This document shows, piece by piece, positions 1 to 10,162 of a stretch of 64,000 bases of DNA. The translations under genes and the position numbers were made by a program. Under the pieces are notes generated by a model. That model worked only from the letters and a program-made list of their open reading frames with translations, was not told the origin of the DNA and did not search any database. Source of the stretch: Candidatus Limnocylindrales bacterium (lineage in GTDB: Bacteria; Chloroflexota; Limnocylindria; Limnocylindrales; CSP1-4); NCBI GenBank assembly GCA_038915165.1, contig JBCLDE010000003.1, forward strand, positions 12,008-76,007, given 5' to 3'. Position 1 is the stretch's first letter; each line of letters opens with the position of its first letter.

Positions 1-2116
1 CGGGCGGAGCTAGATCGAGCCCAGACAGGGACGACCGCAGCGTCGCGATCAGCTCGGACCCCTCCTTCGGCCCCATCGGGCGACTCGCCGTCGCGTCCCT
101 GGCGAACCGTCGGGTCGCGCTCGCCACTGCGGCCTTGGCAACCTCAATCTCTCGCTCGTGCCTGATCCGAGTGTTCTTCCATGCCAGCTCCTCCGCATCC
201 GACTTCTTCTGGGCAAAGAGGAGCGAAGTCTTGGTGGGCGTCCACGGCTCAAAGGCAAGCCTTGGGAGGCCGACCACAGCTCTCACATTGAAGTGGTTGA
301 AGAGGAACAAGCGAGCGTTCAGATTCTCCTTCGTCGCGAAGAAGCTCTCCGGGAGCACCACCCCAAGGCGGCCTCCCGGCTTCAGCAGCTGGTACCACCT
401 CTCGAGAAACAAGTTCTCCGAGTTTGCGCTTGCAGCGAGCTCGAATGTGGAGGCAAGTGTCGCAGCAGTTGCAGGCACAAGGGTGATGCTGAACGGAGGA
501 TTCGACACCACGGCATCGAAGGCGACAGCGACCTTCTTCGAATACACGGCGGCGTCAGCCGGGTCGCGACCTTTCAAACGCTGGTCCCGGAATCGGTCCA
601 GCGCCGAAAGCCCGTCAGCTTGGTACACGTGCGTGTTGCCATCGCGGTGAAGGACCATGTTGACTTTCGTTGCCATTGACAGCAACTCCGAGTCATCGAT
701 CCCGAAGATGAAGTCCTTTGCCCATCGATTGGCATGTTCGGAGGGAGCCTTATCCCTCAAGAGCTCTCTCACATCTTCGTTGCGCGAGATCGCTGCTCTT
801 TCGCCCTCGATCCGCTGGGTGATGAGATGCATCGCCGATAGGAGGAAGGTCCCGGAGCCGCAAGACGGATCGATGATGTAGGGGAATCGATCGTCGTAGT
901 GCGCGTTGCTCGTGATCTTCTCGATGGCTAGTTCATCTAGCTCGAGCGCCATGATCACGAACGCCGCGATGTTGGCGTGCGTAAAGAAGAGCCCCTTCGA
1001 CTGCTTGAAGCCGTCGCGGGTGATCCCCTCAAAGAAGCCGCCAAGTACGTCTCCACCGCGAGTTGACGTCAGCGAGATCCCCTGGAGAAGCTCGACTACG
1101 AACGCAGTTTGGTCAGGACTGAACTTCCTTCCGTCGAGCTCACTTGTCGCGCCACCTTCGCCGGGATTGAGATAGCGCGCGTAGCCGCGCTTGTAGAGGT
1201 CGTTGATCCTCTGGAACGTGCGGAGAGTAGTCTCTGGCTGAACACCCACGTAGCAGCGCTGGAATTCGTAGCGTTCTCCGCCATTGGTCGTCTTCTCGTC
1301 GTAGATCTTGGCGAGGAACAGCTTGACGACATGCTCGTAGATGTCGTTGTCGGGCGTCGACCCCCTCCAAAGCACGTCATGCAGCCGCTTGCGGAGGCGC
1401 TCCAGCTCAGCGCCTCCAACGTCAACCCGCAAGTCAACCCCTCCTCCGTTGACAAGGTGCTCGTGGGTGGCATCTCCGTAGCTGACGGGGAACTCGGCAG
1501 CCGCGGGTCTTCCATTGCTGACCCAAGTCGAGTACTTGTCTCCATCGGTGAAGCCGATGGCTAGGACAACGGGGCTAGCAGTCTCGGAGACCCGCACGGT
1601 GGTGTAGGCGAGAACGCGACTGCCCTTCTCGTGAGGCGCGATGTTGAACAGCTGGCCCTCGATGAACCTGTCCGGGTCCACTCCGAACTCGACCGGACTC
1701 TTGACTTCGATGAGCGCATATGGCGTGCCATCCGGATAGTTCACAAGAATGTCGAGTCGAGCACCGAGCTTCGGCCGTCCGATGGAATACGCCTTCTCGA
1801 GTTCGATGTTGGCGGGGAGGTACCCACCCTTAGTGCACAGCCAAGCCACGAGGTAGGCGCGGGCCGGTTCCTCCTCGCCCACGTAGGTACTGATGGCCGA
1901 GTGCAGGATGATCTCGTCGCCATAGCGTACGGTGCCGGTTGAGACGTCGAGCTGGACGTGCCGCCCCTCGGGGTCTAGCTCGAGAATCGCCTCCCGCAAG
2001 CGTGCGAGGCCGTCGGGTCCCATCACTCCGAGAGGCGCGATGGCCGAACCTCGTGGCGAACGCCGTCGGCGAGTCCTTGCCTTCGCTTGGGTCAACTCAG
2101 TTCGTCCGCGTGGCAC
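1..2116 (-). CDS. PD-(D/E)xK (HsdR_N-like) + N6-adenine DNA methyltransferase fusion, copy 1; 3' end outside the window
   Basis: Mirror of 50281..52396. The frame is open to nt 1. Motif I IIDPSCGSGTFLL and motif IV VVSNPPFS lie inside this part. Confidence 0.8.
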   Translation of the reverse strand, partial: MPRGRTELTQAKARTRRRRSPRGSAIAPLGVMGPDGLARLREAILELDPEGRHVQLDVSTGTVRYGDEIILHSAISTYVGEEEPARAYLVAWLCTKGGYLPANIELEKAYSIGRPKLGARLDILVNYPDGTPYALIEVKSPVEFGVDPDRFIEGQLFNIAPHEKGSRVLAYTTVRVSETASPVVLAIGFTDGDKYSTWVSNGRPAAAEFPVSYGDATHEHLVNGGGVDLRVDVGGAELERLRKRLHDVLWRGSTPDNDIYEHVVKLFLAKIYDEKTTNGGERYEFQRCYVGVQPETTLRTFQRINDLYKRGYARYLNPGEGGATSELDGRKFSPDQTAFVVELLQGISLTSTRGGDVLGGFFEGITRDGFKQSKGLFFTHANIAAFVIMALELDELAIEKITSNAHYDDRFPYIIDPSCGSGTFLLSAMHLITQRIEGERAAISRNEDVRELLRDKAPSEHANRWAKDFIFGIDDSELLSMATKVNMVLHRDGNTHVYQADGLSALDRFRDQRLKGRDPADAAVYSKKVAVAFDAVVSNPPFSITLVPATAATLASTFELAASANSENLFLERWYQLLKPGGRLGVVLPESFFATKENLNARLFLFNHFNVRAVVGLPRLAFEPWTPTKTSLLFAQKKSDAEELAWKNTRIRHEREIEVAKAAVASATRRFARDATASRPMGPKEGSELIATLRSSLSGLDLAPP

Positions 2117-2309
2117 TCGCCCCTCCCATCACCATCGTCGCGATAGTACCAACCGGCTTCGACGATCGAGAGCCGGTGGGGATGGGACTCAAGGTCCGTC
2201 GGTTGCTGGCGCGTGAGAGCGTCCTGTCCTGCCTGAACCCCGCTGGCCTTCATGGAGGCCGCGTTCGACGAGCCCCATCAGGCTCCCTTGTCAGGAGCCT
2301 GCTCGTGAA

Positions 2310-3395
2310 TCACATCGAGCTCGTGAGATGGCGCTGGCGCAGCACGTCGACGAAGGCCAGGCTTCCGTCCGCGTCTCGGAAGCGCCAAAAGGTCCAGCCG
2401 TTGGTCGGTTGGAACTCGCGGCCTGGTGGCGCGCCCACGATCGACTTGCGTGCCATCGCCCCGGCCATCGAGATCGAGCCGTAGCTGGTGCCGCTCCACG
2501 TCACGGTGCCGTCTGTCTCTATGCGTGCGGTGAGCTGGTGGCCCTTGTACGTCGTCTCGATGTCGAGCGGCAGCGCGATCGTGCCCGACGCGATCAGATC
2601 CTTGAGGGTCACGTGGCGCCACGGCGTCTTGTCAGGGCCGGGGTCCTTGTCCCCCACGTCCTTGACGGCCGGCGGGACGGTGGCCGGCGGGCTGACCGGC
2701 GCCTTCGCGCCAACCGGGAGGGTCGGCGCCAACTTGAGGGTCCCGTAGTCCAGCGAGAGCGTGGCGCGTCCCAGACTCTGCCGAACCTCGGCCGTGGATA
2801 GCGCGGGAACCCGCTTGCGAACAAGGTTGACGAAGTCTGTCGGGGCATCAAGTCCGGCGAGATCCTGGACGACCTTCTTCACCTGCCGGTCGACGAAGTA
2901 GGCGCGCCACAGGTCATCGATCACCGTGCTCTGGAGCTGCGCCTTCGACAGGAGCCCGAGGGTCTCCGCGAGTCCGGGCTCGTCCGAAGCGACAACGACC
3001 CGCTTGAAGAGCTTCTGGTCGATGTGGACGGGGGCGTAGGCGTTGTAGATGCGGTACTCATTCCCGTCCGTGAGCACAATCCACTCGACGATGCCCGCTA
3101 CGCCGGCGTAGCCCATGATCTGATGAGCCGACTTGGACAGATTCTCCCCGAGCGCCTTCGCCTCGACGAGTAGGCGCAGCCCCCCGTTCACGAACAGGGC
3201 GTAGTCGACTGGGTTGTCAGCCTGCTTGAGCTTGTACTCGCAGCGCACTTCGTCGAGGTCTCCCACATCCCAGCCGAGGGCTCGCAACACCGGCTCGATC
3301 AGGGCGTGCTTGGTGTTCTCCTCGCCGATCGTCTGCCCCCCGAACTTCGCAATCCGAGCGCGCACGTTCGTGAGCGCCAGCGCCAGGTCGTTCAT
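2310..3395 (-). CDS. HsdR_N-type PD-(D/E)xK nuclease domain protein with DUF4357-like C-terminus, copy 1
   Basis: Mirror of 49002..50087, identical translation. The start is trimmed from the ORF-track 3596 to the RBS-supported ATG. Confidence 0.7.
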   Translation of the reverse strand: MNDLALALTNVRARIAKFGGQTIGEENTKHALIEPVLRALGWDVGDLDEVRCEYKLKQADNPVDYALFVNGGLRLLVEAKALGENLSKSAHQIMGYAGVAGIVEWIVLTDGNEYRIYNAYAPVHIDQKLFKRVVVASDEPGLAETLGLLSKAQLQSTVIDDLWRAYFVDRQVKKVVQDLAGLDAPTDFVNLVRKRVPALSTAEVRQSLGRATLSLDYGTLKLAPTLPVGAKAPVSPPATVPPAVKDVGDKDPGPDKTPWRHVTLKDLIASGTIALPLDIETTYKGHQLTARIETDGTVTWSGTSYGSISMAGAMARKSIVGAPPGREFQPTNGWTFWRFRDADGSLAFVDVLRQRHLTSSM

Positions 3396-3592
3396 CAGTG
3401 CGCGCACCTCCGTCGGGAGAGTGTACAAGCCGCGGTAGGCGCGGCGGCGGAAGCTGAGGGGGCAGGCTCCGCCCGGACACGACGTGGTCATCGTGCCGTC
3501 GATGGGGCCACACCAGGTGGCACGCGATGTCGCCCGTCGACCGGCGCGCGGACGCACCGGCGCGCGGACGCCGTGGTCCGGCCGCAGCCAAG

Positions 3593-4483
3593 TCAATCGA
3601 GGCAGACGACTCCGTCTTGGTTGACCGTGACCTGAAGGATCTCTTCCGCCGTCACCAGGCCCGCAAGGCGGGCGGTTCCCACCCTCAAGACGCCAGATCG
3701 CTCCCGATCGGGACCAAACCTTGGGTTGTACTGGACAACCATCTCCTCGCCGCGGAGGTCTATTCGAACTCGTCCGACCTGCTGAGGGAGGACCGACTTT
3801 GCGTCGCTGCTACTCCGCGCGGGTACTCGGATGCGCCCAGCGCGAAGGTCAGCATGGGTGACCCGCTGAGTCGGACCCACGGCCGACTGAGCGACCAAGG
3901 GCGGTGCCGGCGTCACGTCCGGGTCCTGGCGAGGCAATGGGTGCGGGTCGGCCCCGGGTGGGCCATGCTGCGTTCGTAGATCGCGGATGACGGCCAAGAG
4001 TCCGACGTCGATCGCCGCGGCGACTTGCCTGGGTGCATAGGGCGGTGACAGGAGGAACGTCGGGACGCCCTCGAAGTCGGGGCCGCGCCCTGATGCGATG
4101 CTCTTGCCAAGGAGCGCCTCCGCCGGGGGACGGAACGCAAAGAGAAGCAGGCCTGGTCGCCAGCCACGGACGTTGGCCACCAAGGCGGTTCGTCCGGTGG
4201 CGAGCTCTTCCGCTGAGAGCTGGTTCGCGGCGCCAGTCGGCCGTTTGACGAGATCGGTGAGGCCGTTGCCAGCCGCGACGAACTCGTCGTCCTCCCAGGT
4301 GCCGGAACCCTTGTTCAGAGCCTCAAGGCCACGAAGGCGGCCCCAGAGCCGCTTGCCAAGCCGACCCTGATAGTAGTGGCCAGCGGCGACGGACACCGGA
4401 GTCGGGTTGATGCCGACCAACAGGATGCCGCCTGGCTGACAAGGGCGGTCCGGAAGCGTGAGCCGGGATCCATTCGATTCCAT
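3593..4483 (-). CDS. MUG/UDG-superfamily glycosylase-like domain fused to an uncharacterised C-terminal domain, copy 1
   Basis: Mirror of 47914..48804, identical 296-aa translation. Confidence 0.65.
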   Translation of the reverse strand: MESNGSRLTLPDRPCQPGGILLVGINPTPVSVAAGHYYQGRLGKRLWGRLRGLEALNKGSGTWEDDEFVAAGNGLTDLVKRPTGAANQLSAEELATGRTALVANVRGWRPGLLLFAFRPPAEALLGKSIASGRGPDFEGVPTFLLSPPYAPRQVAAAIDVGLLAVIRDLRTQHGPPGADPHPLPRQDPDVTPAPPLVAQSAVGPTQRVTHADLRAGRIRVPARSSSDAKSVLPQQVGRVRIDLRGEEMVVQYNPRFGPDRERSGVLRVGTARLAGLVTAEEILQVTVNQDGVVCLD

Positions 4484-4845
4484 GAGTGCCGAGCGTAGTT
4501 GGGTGGAGCCTGCCGATCAAGCGTGAACCGCAGGCTCGTCGCCTCGGCGCGGGTGGCCCGCAGCGGGAGTAGGACCCCGACTACGACCCGTGGGCCGGCA
4601 ACGAATGGCCGGATCGCGCCGGGCAGGCCGAGCGGGCCCTGCGTAAACGCCCCGGGGCCTGAACAGACGAGCACTCGGGTCCGATGACCTGAATCGACCT
4701 GGGCGAGTGTCCTCTCCAGGCAGTGACCTTAGCCGTCATACGAGCGACCGAGGGGCGCCGCAGCGGCCGGGCTCCCCTGCCGACCGCGCGCGGCGCCGCG
4801 CCTCGGCTCCAAAGGCTGGGCCTCGGCCGCGGCGCCGACGGGCAA

Positions 4846-4932
4846 CGAACGCACACCAAGAGCATCTACGCCAAGCTCGGCGTGAACAACCGTCGGGCAG
4901 CGGTCCGACGCTCGGGTTGGGCATGGCTGTCG
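4846..4932 (+). pseudogene. LuxR-type HTH C-terminal fragment, copy 1
   Basis: ..RTHTKSIYAKLGVNNRRAAVRR.. is the recognition-helix region of LuxR/FixJ HTH domains. No receiver or N-terminal part is present. Confidence 0.4.
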
Positions 4933-5126
4933 GATCGGGGTGAGCGCAGCGCCACGAAGTTGGGGTTTGCCGACACACCCTGTGTGCCGCACGCCATCAA
5001 TACCATCGTGCGGATCTCGGTCGCAGCGACCGTCGTGCTCACGGCCGTGACGACCGCCACAGAGGTGCGGCGGCTGGTCCAGATGTCCAAGGAGACCGGC
5101 TGAGGAGGGACCCGCGTTGTCAGGCG

Positions 5127-5276
5127 GCTCGTTGAGGCGCCGAGGGCAGGGTCGGCGCCCCGCTCGGCCTGGATGCGAGCGAAGCGGCGGCCGATCATCT
5201 GATACCAGTCGAGCGTCTTCGGCGCGAGGCCGCTGGGCCCGGTAGCGGCGGTCACCTGATTCGGGGTCAGGAGCAC
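5127..5276 (-). pseudogene. Integrase N-terminal (SAM-like) fragment, copy 1
   Basis: Mirror of 47121..47270. Confidence 0.3.
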
Positions 5277-5317
5277 CGCACGGCGAACGAGTCAGGGGAC
5301 CGTCGGTTCGACGAGTG

Positions 5318-5422
5318 CGGCGCAGCCCGGCCCGGCGCAGCCCGGCGCAGCCTGGCGCAGCCCGGCCCGGCCCGCCCGGCCCGGCGCAGCCCGGCGCAGC
5401 CCGGCCCGCCCCGGCCCGCCCG
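5318..5422. repeat. GC-only tandem array of GGCGCAGCCC / GGCCCGGCCC-type decamers, copy 1
   Basis: Read directly: gcggcgcagcccggcccggcgcagcccggcgcagcctggcgcagcccggcccggcccgcccggcccggcgcagcccggcgcagcccggcccgccccggcccgcccg. Confidence 0.85.
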
Positions 5423-5428
5423 ATTGTT

Positions 5429-5610
5429 CCGCAATTCTCACCCCGGTGGCGTTACGCACGGACCCGCCTGTGCGGACCGCTCGCGGGGCGTCAGTCGTTG
5501 CCTTACGTCCACCCGGAGGCCATTAACCACCGAATCGCAGCGCCGGGGGCGTGGATGAGTGACGACGGCAACTCCGGCGTTGCCTAACGCCCACCAGGGG
5601 AGAATTGCGG
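5429..5610. repeat. About 180-bp element bounded by imperfect 27-28-nt inverted repeats (MITE-like or structured RNA), copy 1
   Basis: 5429..5456 is ccgcaattctcaccccggtggcgttacg. The reverse complement of 5584..5610 is ccgcaattctcccctggtgggcgttag. The first 11 nt are identical and the rest matches with 1-nt indels. Confidence 0.6.
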
Positions 5611-5785
5611 GAAGACAGCGGGGTGAGGGGCGCGGCGAGCGTGACCGGCGCGGCGACACTCCCGGGAATGGGCAGGAGTGCTGGGCAACGGCGGGGCGGG
5701 CGCGGCGAGGGTCGCGCCGGCGCGGCGACGGCGGGGCGAGCGAGGCACCTCGCGTGTAGCCCGCGAGCGACGCTATTCTCCGCGG

Positions 5786-5980
5786 ATGGGCGACCTGACG
5801 ATCACGGCCGGCGATCTCCACTTCCGCGCCCGCTGGGAATCCGCCGCGCCCCGGACGATCGAGGCCATCCGCGGGCTCCTTCCGCTGCGCAGCCAGTTCA
5901 TCCACGTGCGCTGGAGCGGGAGGGCGTCTGGATCGCGGGGCCAACGCGGGCCCGTGACCGACCTCATATCCCCTGTCTGA
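5786..5980 (+). pseudogene. DUF3830-like (cyclophilin-like) protein, N-terminal fragment with frameshift, copy 1
   Basis: MGDLTITAGDLHFRARWESAAPRTIEAIRGLLPLRSQFIHVRWSG, then the frame is lost at GGG 5918..5920 (EGVWIAG continues in another frame). The rest of the gene is absent. Confidence 0.45.
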
Positions 5981-5999
5981 GCCACGTCTCCAGGCGGCG

Positions 6000-6872
6000 T
6001 CACGGCAGGATGGACGGTGTCGACGCGACGTTCCGCCGGAGCCCGGCGCCCGCCGGTGTCCGGGCGCCCGCGGCGGCGAGCGGGAGGAGCGCCACGAGGA
6101 TCGTCGGCGAGTTCAACCATACGATCGGCAGGGACAGGAGGACGCCGACCGGGAGGACCCATCGCCGATCCGTGGCGGCGCCCCAGGCGATGAGTGCCGC
6201 CGCGACGAGGAGGCGGAACCCGAGCGGGAGGGGCAGGAACCAGAGGTCGCCGCCCAACTCCGGGAAGTCCATCCGCATGAGCATCGCGAGCCAGCCGGCC
6301 CAGCCGGCCGGATCCAGCGCCGCCGATGCGGCCGCCACTGCGAGCGTCGCGACGAGCGCGATCGCGAGCGACCGCCACTCCCCCCGGATGAGGAACCAGA
6401 GGAGGCCGATCCCGGGCGTGACCTTGGTCAGGATGGGCAGCGCCCAGACGGCCGGCCAGCGCCGCCCGAGGAGGACGACGACCGCGAACAGGATGTCCAG
6501 CTGGCCGAGCGCCACGCTCATGAAGACCGGCGGGAGGATCAGCAGGGCAATCGCGTACCGTCCAGCGAGCCAGATGAGCGGAGCGGCGATCAGGGCCGTC
6601 CACACGCCCGCGAAGACCGGCCACGGGAGCGCCGTCAGCGGGGCGATCAATTGGGCGAAGACCGGTGAGTACAGGTAGGCGCCCGTGGCGCCCGGCCGGG
6701 TGGCCGCGTAATCGAAGCCGTCGCGGGTCGTCCAGTACGCGTACACGTCGTATGCGGGCATCGCCCAGGGTTCGACGCTCAGCAGGCGCAGACCGGAGAA
6801 CACGGCGACGACCACGACGAAGGAGGGGATCGCAAGGCGGCGAAGGTCGATGCGGCCGGCGCATTTGTCCAT
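6000..6872 (-). CDS. Polytopic membrane protein, DUF2029 / GT87-like glycosyltransferase family, copy 1
   Basis: Mirror of 45525..46397. Confidence 0.55.
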   Translation of the reverse strand: MDKCAGRIDLRRLAIPSFVVVVAVFSGLRLLSVEPWAMPAYDVYAYWTTRDGFDYAATRPGATGAYLYSPVFAQLIAPLTALPWPVFAGVWTALIAAPLIWLAGRYAIALLILPPVFMSVALGQLDILFAVVVLLGRRWPAVWALPILTKVTPGIGLLWFLIRGEWRSLAIALVATLAVAAASAALDPAGWAGWLAMLMRMDFPELGGDLWFLPLPLGFRLLVAAALIAWGAATDRRWVLPVGVLLSLPIVWLNSPTILVALLPLAAAGARTPAGAGLRRNVASTPSILP

Positions 6873-7099
6873 TGGATTCTCACCCCCACGACGCGGAGCC
6901 AATAATGCCTGCTTCACGGATTCGGCGCGCGATTCTGCGATCCGACGATGCGCGTGATCTCGATGGCGCTCATCACTCTGGTATCGCGTCAGGGTCAACC
7001 TCACTCAGGTCCCGGAGCGCGAACGCCCGCTGCAGGAGCCCCTTGACCCGGTCTCTCAGACACGATCTCGGCATGGTGTTGCTTTCTCCCGCCGCCTGA

Positions 7100-8074
7100 G
7101 TGACTCATGTGGGCACCAACCACACGATGAGGTGCCCGATGACCGCTCAGCCTCTTCCCGCACTCCCGTCCGGCGACCCATCAACCTGGGACCAGGCGCT
7201 CTACGCCTTCTTGGTCGAGAAGGGGAACCGCTCGGGTTCCCGGCGGACCGTCGAGGGCTACAGCCGGATGCTCTGGCCGTTCTTTGCCAGACTCGGCAAG
7301 ACGCCCGACCGGGTCGTCCCCCCGGACGTCATGGGTTGGGCGCACGGGATCGGGCTCTCGGGTCGGGTCCCCTCCTCGACCACGATCGGCGCCCGGATCG
7401 CCTGCCTGTCCTCCTTCTATCGCTTCCTCATCCGGATGGGCCTGGTCATCGGGAACCCGTGCGACGCCCTCGAGCGACCACGGTCCGTCCCGGCTCCGGC
7501 TCGGGGCCTGTCGGCCGACGAGGTCCGCCGGCTTCTGGCCGTCGTCCCCGACACCGTCCCTGGTCGCCGGGATCGGGCGATCCTGCTGACGCTCTTCCTG
7601 ACCGGGCGACGGCGGGCCGAGGTGATCGGCCTGACCGCCGGGGACATCAGCGTCGAGGACGGAACGCCCTTCTACTCGTATCGCGGCAAGGGCGGCCGGC
7701 GCGGCCGGCGCGAGCTGCCACGTCCCGCCTACGAGGCGCTCCGGGCCACGCTGGCGGACGCTGGGCTCGAGCTGGCGCAGATGGGCCAGCCGGCCTCGCT
7801 CTGGCAAGGTGGGGCGGGATCGCGGGGCGTTACCTCGTCGACGTTCTACGCGCGCTTCCAGCGGTACCTCCGGGATGCCGGTCTGGCGCCGTCGGGCGTC
7901 CACATCACCCGCCACACCGCGGCCAAGCTCCGCCGGGACGCCGGCGAGACGATCGAGGCGGTGAGCGCATTCCTCGACCACTCCTCCCTCGCGGTGACGA
8001 CCGTCTACCTCCGTCGGCTCGAGGGCGAGACCGATCGGGCGTGGGTCGATGTGGCGGCGGCCATCGGGGTGTAG
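7100..8074 (+). CDS. Tyrosine recombinase / phage-type integrase, copy 1
   Basis: 324 aa. N-terminal SAM-like domain. Catalytic pattern ..TGRRRAEV.., ..HITRHTAAK.., ..LAVTTVYL.. (R..HxxR..Y). Confidence 0.9.
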   Translation: MTHVGTNHTMRCPMTAQPLPALPSGDPSTWDQALYAFLVEKGNRSGSRRTVEGYSRMLWPFFARLGKTPDRVVPPDVMGWAHGIGLSGRVPSSTTIGARIACLSSFYRFLIRMGLVIGNPCDALERPRSVPAPARGLSADEVRRLLAVVPDTVPGRRDRAILLTLFLTGRRRAEVIGLTAGDISVEDGTPFYSYRGKGGRRGRRELPRPAYEALRATLADAGLELAQMGQPASLWQGGAGSRGVTSSTFYARFQRYLRDAGLAPSGVHITRHTAAKLRRDAGETIEAVSAFLDHSSLAVTTVYLRRLEGETDRAWVDVAAAIGV

Positions 8075-8121
8075 ATCCAGTCGTATTCGACCTCGGGCGC
8101 AGGCGCGGTCCCGAGCCTGGC

Positions 8122-8388
8122 TCACTCGTCCGAAGACGGCGTTGACTCGCCTCCTGCCCGCGCCTCCGCATCGCCGATGAGGTCTCGCATCGAGACCTCC
8201 AGGGCCGTGGCCAGGCGCTCGATGTTGTACAGACTGACATTCCGGCGGCCAAGCTCCACCTCGGTGATGTACGTCCGATGGAGCTGGGCCCGCTCGGCCA
8301 GGGCTTCCTGCGTCAAGCCGCGATGAGTCCGGAGTGCCCGGACCGCGGCGCCGAAGGCACGGAACAGCGGATCGGAGGCGGGGGGCAT
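8122..8388 (-). CDS. XRE-family helix-turn-helix regulator, copy 1
   Basis: 88 aa; ..LTQEALAERAQLHRTYITEVELGRRNVSLYNIERLATAL.. Confidence 0.85.
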   Translation of the reverse strand: MPPASDPLFRAFGAAVRALRTHRGLTQEALAERAQLHRTYITEVELGRRNVSLYNIERLATALEVSMRDLIGDAEARAGGESTPSSDE

Positions 8389-8528
8389 GCCGCGACGCTA
8401 GGGCCGGGTCACGTCTGTGGTCTAGCAGACTCTGAGTGACATCGCAGCTCGGTCTCAGATACGATGCCCCACGCAGGGCCCCGCCAATCCCCGAGTCGCA
8501 CCGGGCCCAAACCGACGGAGCCCCCAGG

Positions 8529-9413
8529 ATGCCCGAGCCTAGCTCGATCGACGATCTGCCCCTCACCGTGCTCGTGCCAGCCTCGACCCGACTTCCGATT
8601 GTTCTGTACGACCCGCGGGGGGCGCTTCGACTGGCCGTGGTGGAGCAGGGGAGCACAGCGTCCCTCGACGACTCGTGGGACAGCGCCGGAGTGTACATCC
8701 TCCTCTGGCCGCCCAACACCGCTGTAGATCAACCGCCAACGGTGTATGTCGGTCAAGCTGAGGGCCTCCGCAAGCGGATCGGGCGGCACGTGGCAGGCAA
8801 GCCTGGCTGGCGCCGGGCCGTCCTGGTCGATCGCGGCAACGCGCGGTTCGGGTTCACGTCGGCCCAAGTAGGCTGGCTCGAGGGCCGCCTGTGGCGTCTA
8901 GCGATGGACGCCAAGGCGGTCCAGCTGGCGAACAAGGTGGAGCCGAGGGACGAGACGCTACCCGACTACGAACGCCCCGGCCTCGAGATGGATGTCACCG
9001 TCATCCGGCGGGTGTTGCGTCTCCTTGGCTACCCGCTCGATCCGCCCGGCGATAAGGGCCACGGGCGGAAGAAGAGCTACGCCGTGACGGTCACGGACCT
9101 CATCGCCGCGGGCGCCCTGACCGTGGGGGACGTGCTCGTCTTCACCGACCCGGATCTCAATGCGGAGGCCACGGTTGGCAGCGATGGGCAGCTCGAGGTC
9201 CACGGCACCAGCTACGCCTCCCCGAGCGCCGCCGCGGCGGTCGTCCGGGGGCGTCCGACCAACGGCTGGGCCGACTGGGCGCTCGTTGGGGCGAACGGGC
9301 CCGTCACGCTGATGACGCTGCGCGCACGGTTCCCAAAGCCGTCAAAGCCCGAGCAGGACCAACCGACCGAACTCCCGGATCCGCGTCCGTCGCGGCCGGG
9401 TTCTGGTCGGTGA
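8529..9413 (+). CDS. GIY-YIG nuclease-like protein with DUF4357-like C-terminus, copy 1
   Basis: Mirror of 42984..43868. ATG 8529 chosen inside ORF 8436..9413. Confidence 0.65.
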   Translation: MPEPSSIDDLPLTVLVPASTRLPIVLYDPRGALRLAVVEQGSTASLDDSWDSAGVYILLWPPNTAVDQPPTVYVGQAEGLRKRIGRHVAGKPGWRRAVLVDRGNARFGFTSAQVGWLEGRLWRLAMDAKAVQLANKVEPRDETLPDYERPGLEMDVTVIRRVLRLLGYPLDPPGDKGHGRKKSYAVTVTDLIAAGALTVGDVLVFTDPDLNAEATVGSDGQLEVHGTSYASPSAAAAVVRGRPTNGWADWALVGANGPVTLMTLRARFPKPSKPEQDQPTELPDPRPSRPGSGR

Positions 9414-10045
9414 TCCGCGTCGGCCATTTCCAGCGAGACGCCCGCCTGTTCCTCGCCTACGCCGTGGCCCCGGTCGGGATGTCTCCATTTGGAGACACGA
9501 CGGCAGCGGGGCCGTTCTACGTCCTGCACTGGCCACGGGTGCCACTCCACGTGCTCCCGGCCGCCCTGGGGCCAGCATCCCGCCACGGAGACGCCCTGGA
9601 ACCGATCGAGCGGCACTTGTGTTGCCCACTCGGCTGCGGCTTCGGGGCCATGCGCCGCGGAGGAACGCCCGTCCCCACTCCTGCTCCGCGGGCGGCATCA
9701 GGTCGATGTAGTCGGCGGGCGCGACCTTGGCGGCTCGGGCTGCGAGGATCGGGTCGGGGCGGGGACGGAAGCCGGGGTAGGACTTGCCGTCCTGGCCGGT
9801 GACGGTCTCAGGTGTTCGGTCCTGAACACGTGCGATATCTGCATGGACCGTGCCGACGCTCGCGCCTGGGCAAGTGACCGGGCGTCCGGTTGCCGCTCCC
9901 CTGGTCGAATGGTCACGCAATGGTCACGGACGCCCCAGGATGAGCTGGGACAGGTGGTGGCAGCGAGGGAGGACAATCGACCCGGCTGAGGTCGGAGCGG
10001 CACCGCCGGGTACGGCGCGTGACAGGCCGGGGCGGCACGTGCTAA

Positions 10046-10091
10046 GCTCATAACCCGAAGGTCAGAGGTTCGAATCCTCTCCCCGCAACCA
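10046..10091 (+). pseudogene. 3' fragment of initiator tRNA-Met (anticodon loop to CCA); att-site remnant, not a complete tRNA, copy 1
   Basis: GCTCATAACCCGAAGGTCAGAGGTTCGAATCCTCTCCCCGCAACCA. This contains the CAT anticodon loop, the CCC side of the initiator-specific anticodon stem, the T arm, the 3' acceptor strand and CCA. The upstream 35 nt cannot form the anticodon-stem 5' side, the D arm or the acceptor 5' strand. Confidence 0.75.
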
Positions 10092-10162
10092 AGACCGCTT
10101 TCACCTTGAACCCCGGGCCCGACCACCCGGGGTTCTTCCTTGTCCGACGATCGGCCGAGATG

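Larger units (their letters stand above)
1..10091. mobile_element. Integrated genomic island, copy 1 (partial, runs off the left edge), bounded by a tRNA-fMet 3' fragment
   Basis: Mirror of 42306..52396: att-like tRNA fragment 10046..10091, integrase 7100..8074, XRE, integrase remnant, gene fragments and R-M genes. Confidence 0.5.

Noticed and set aside
4513-4662. A second apparent in-frame TAG (4570..4572) before ..DPDYDPWAGNEWPDRAGQAERALRKRPGA* (mirror 47735..47884). This raised the idea of stop-codon recoding.
   Set aside because: The upstream part is not convincingly coding and no family is recognisable. One solid TAG case (CrtI-like) is better explained by a point mutation or error.
5318-5422. 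A possible CRISPR array in the GC-rich tandem repeats (5318..5422, 11931..12014 and mirrors).
   Set aside because: The units are 10-17 nt, directly abutting and degenerate, with no unique spacers of regular length. No cas genes are present.
10011-10091. A complete tRNA-Met gene.
   Set aside because: Only the 3' 46 nt fit a tRNA. The 5 nt before the anticodon loop (ctaag) cannot pair with cccga, and no D arm or 5' acceptor strand (expected ..gcgggg) is present upstream.
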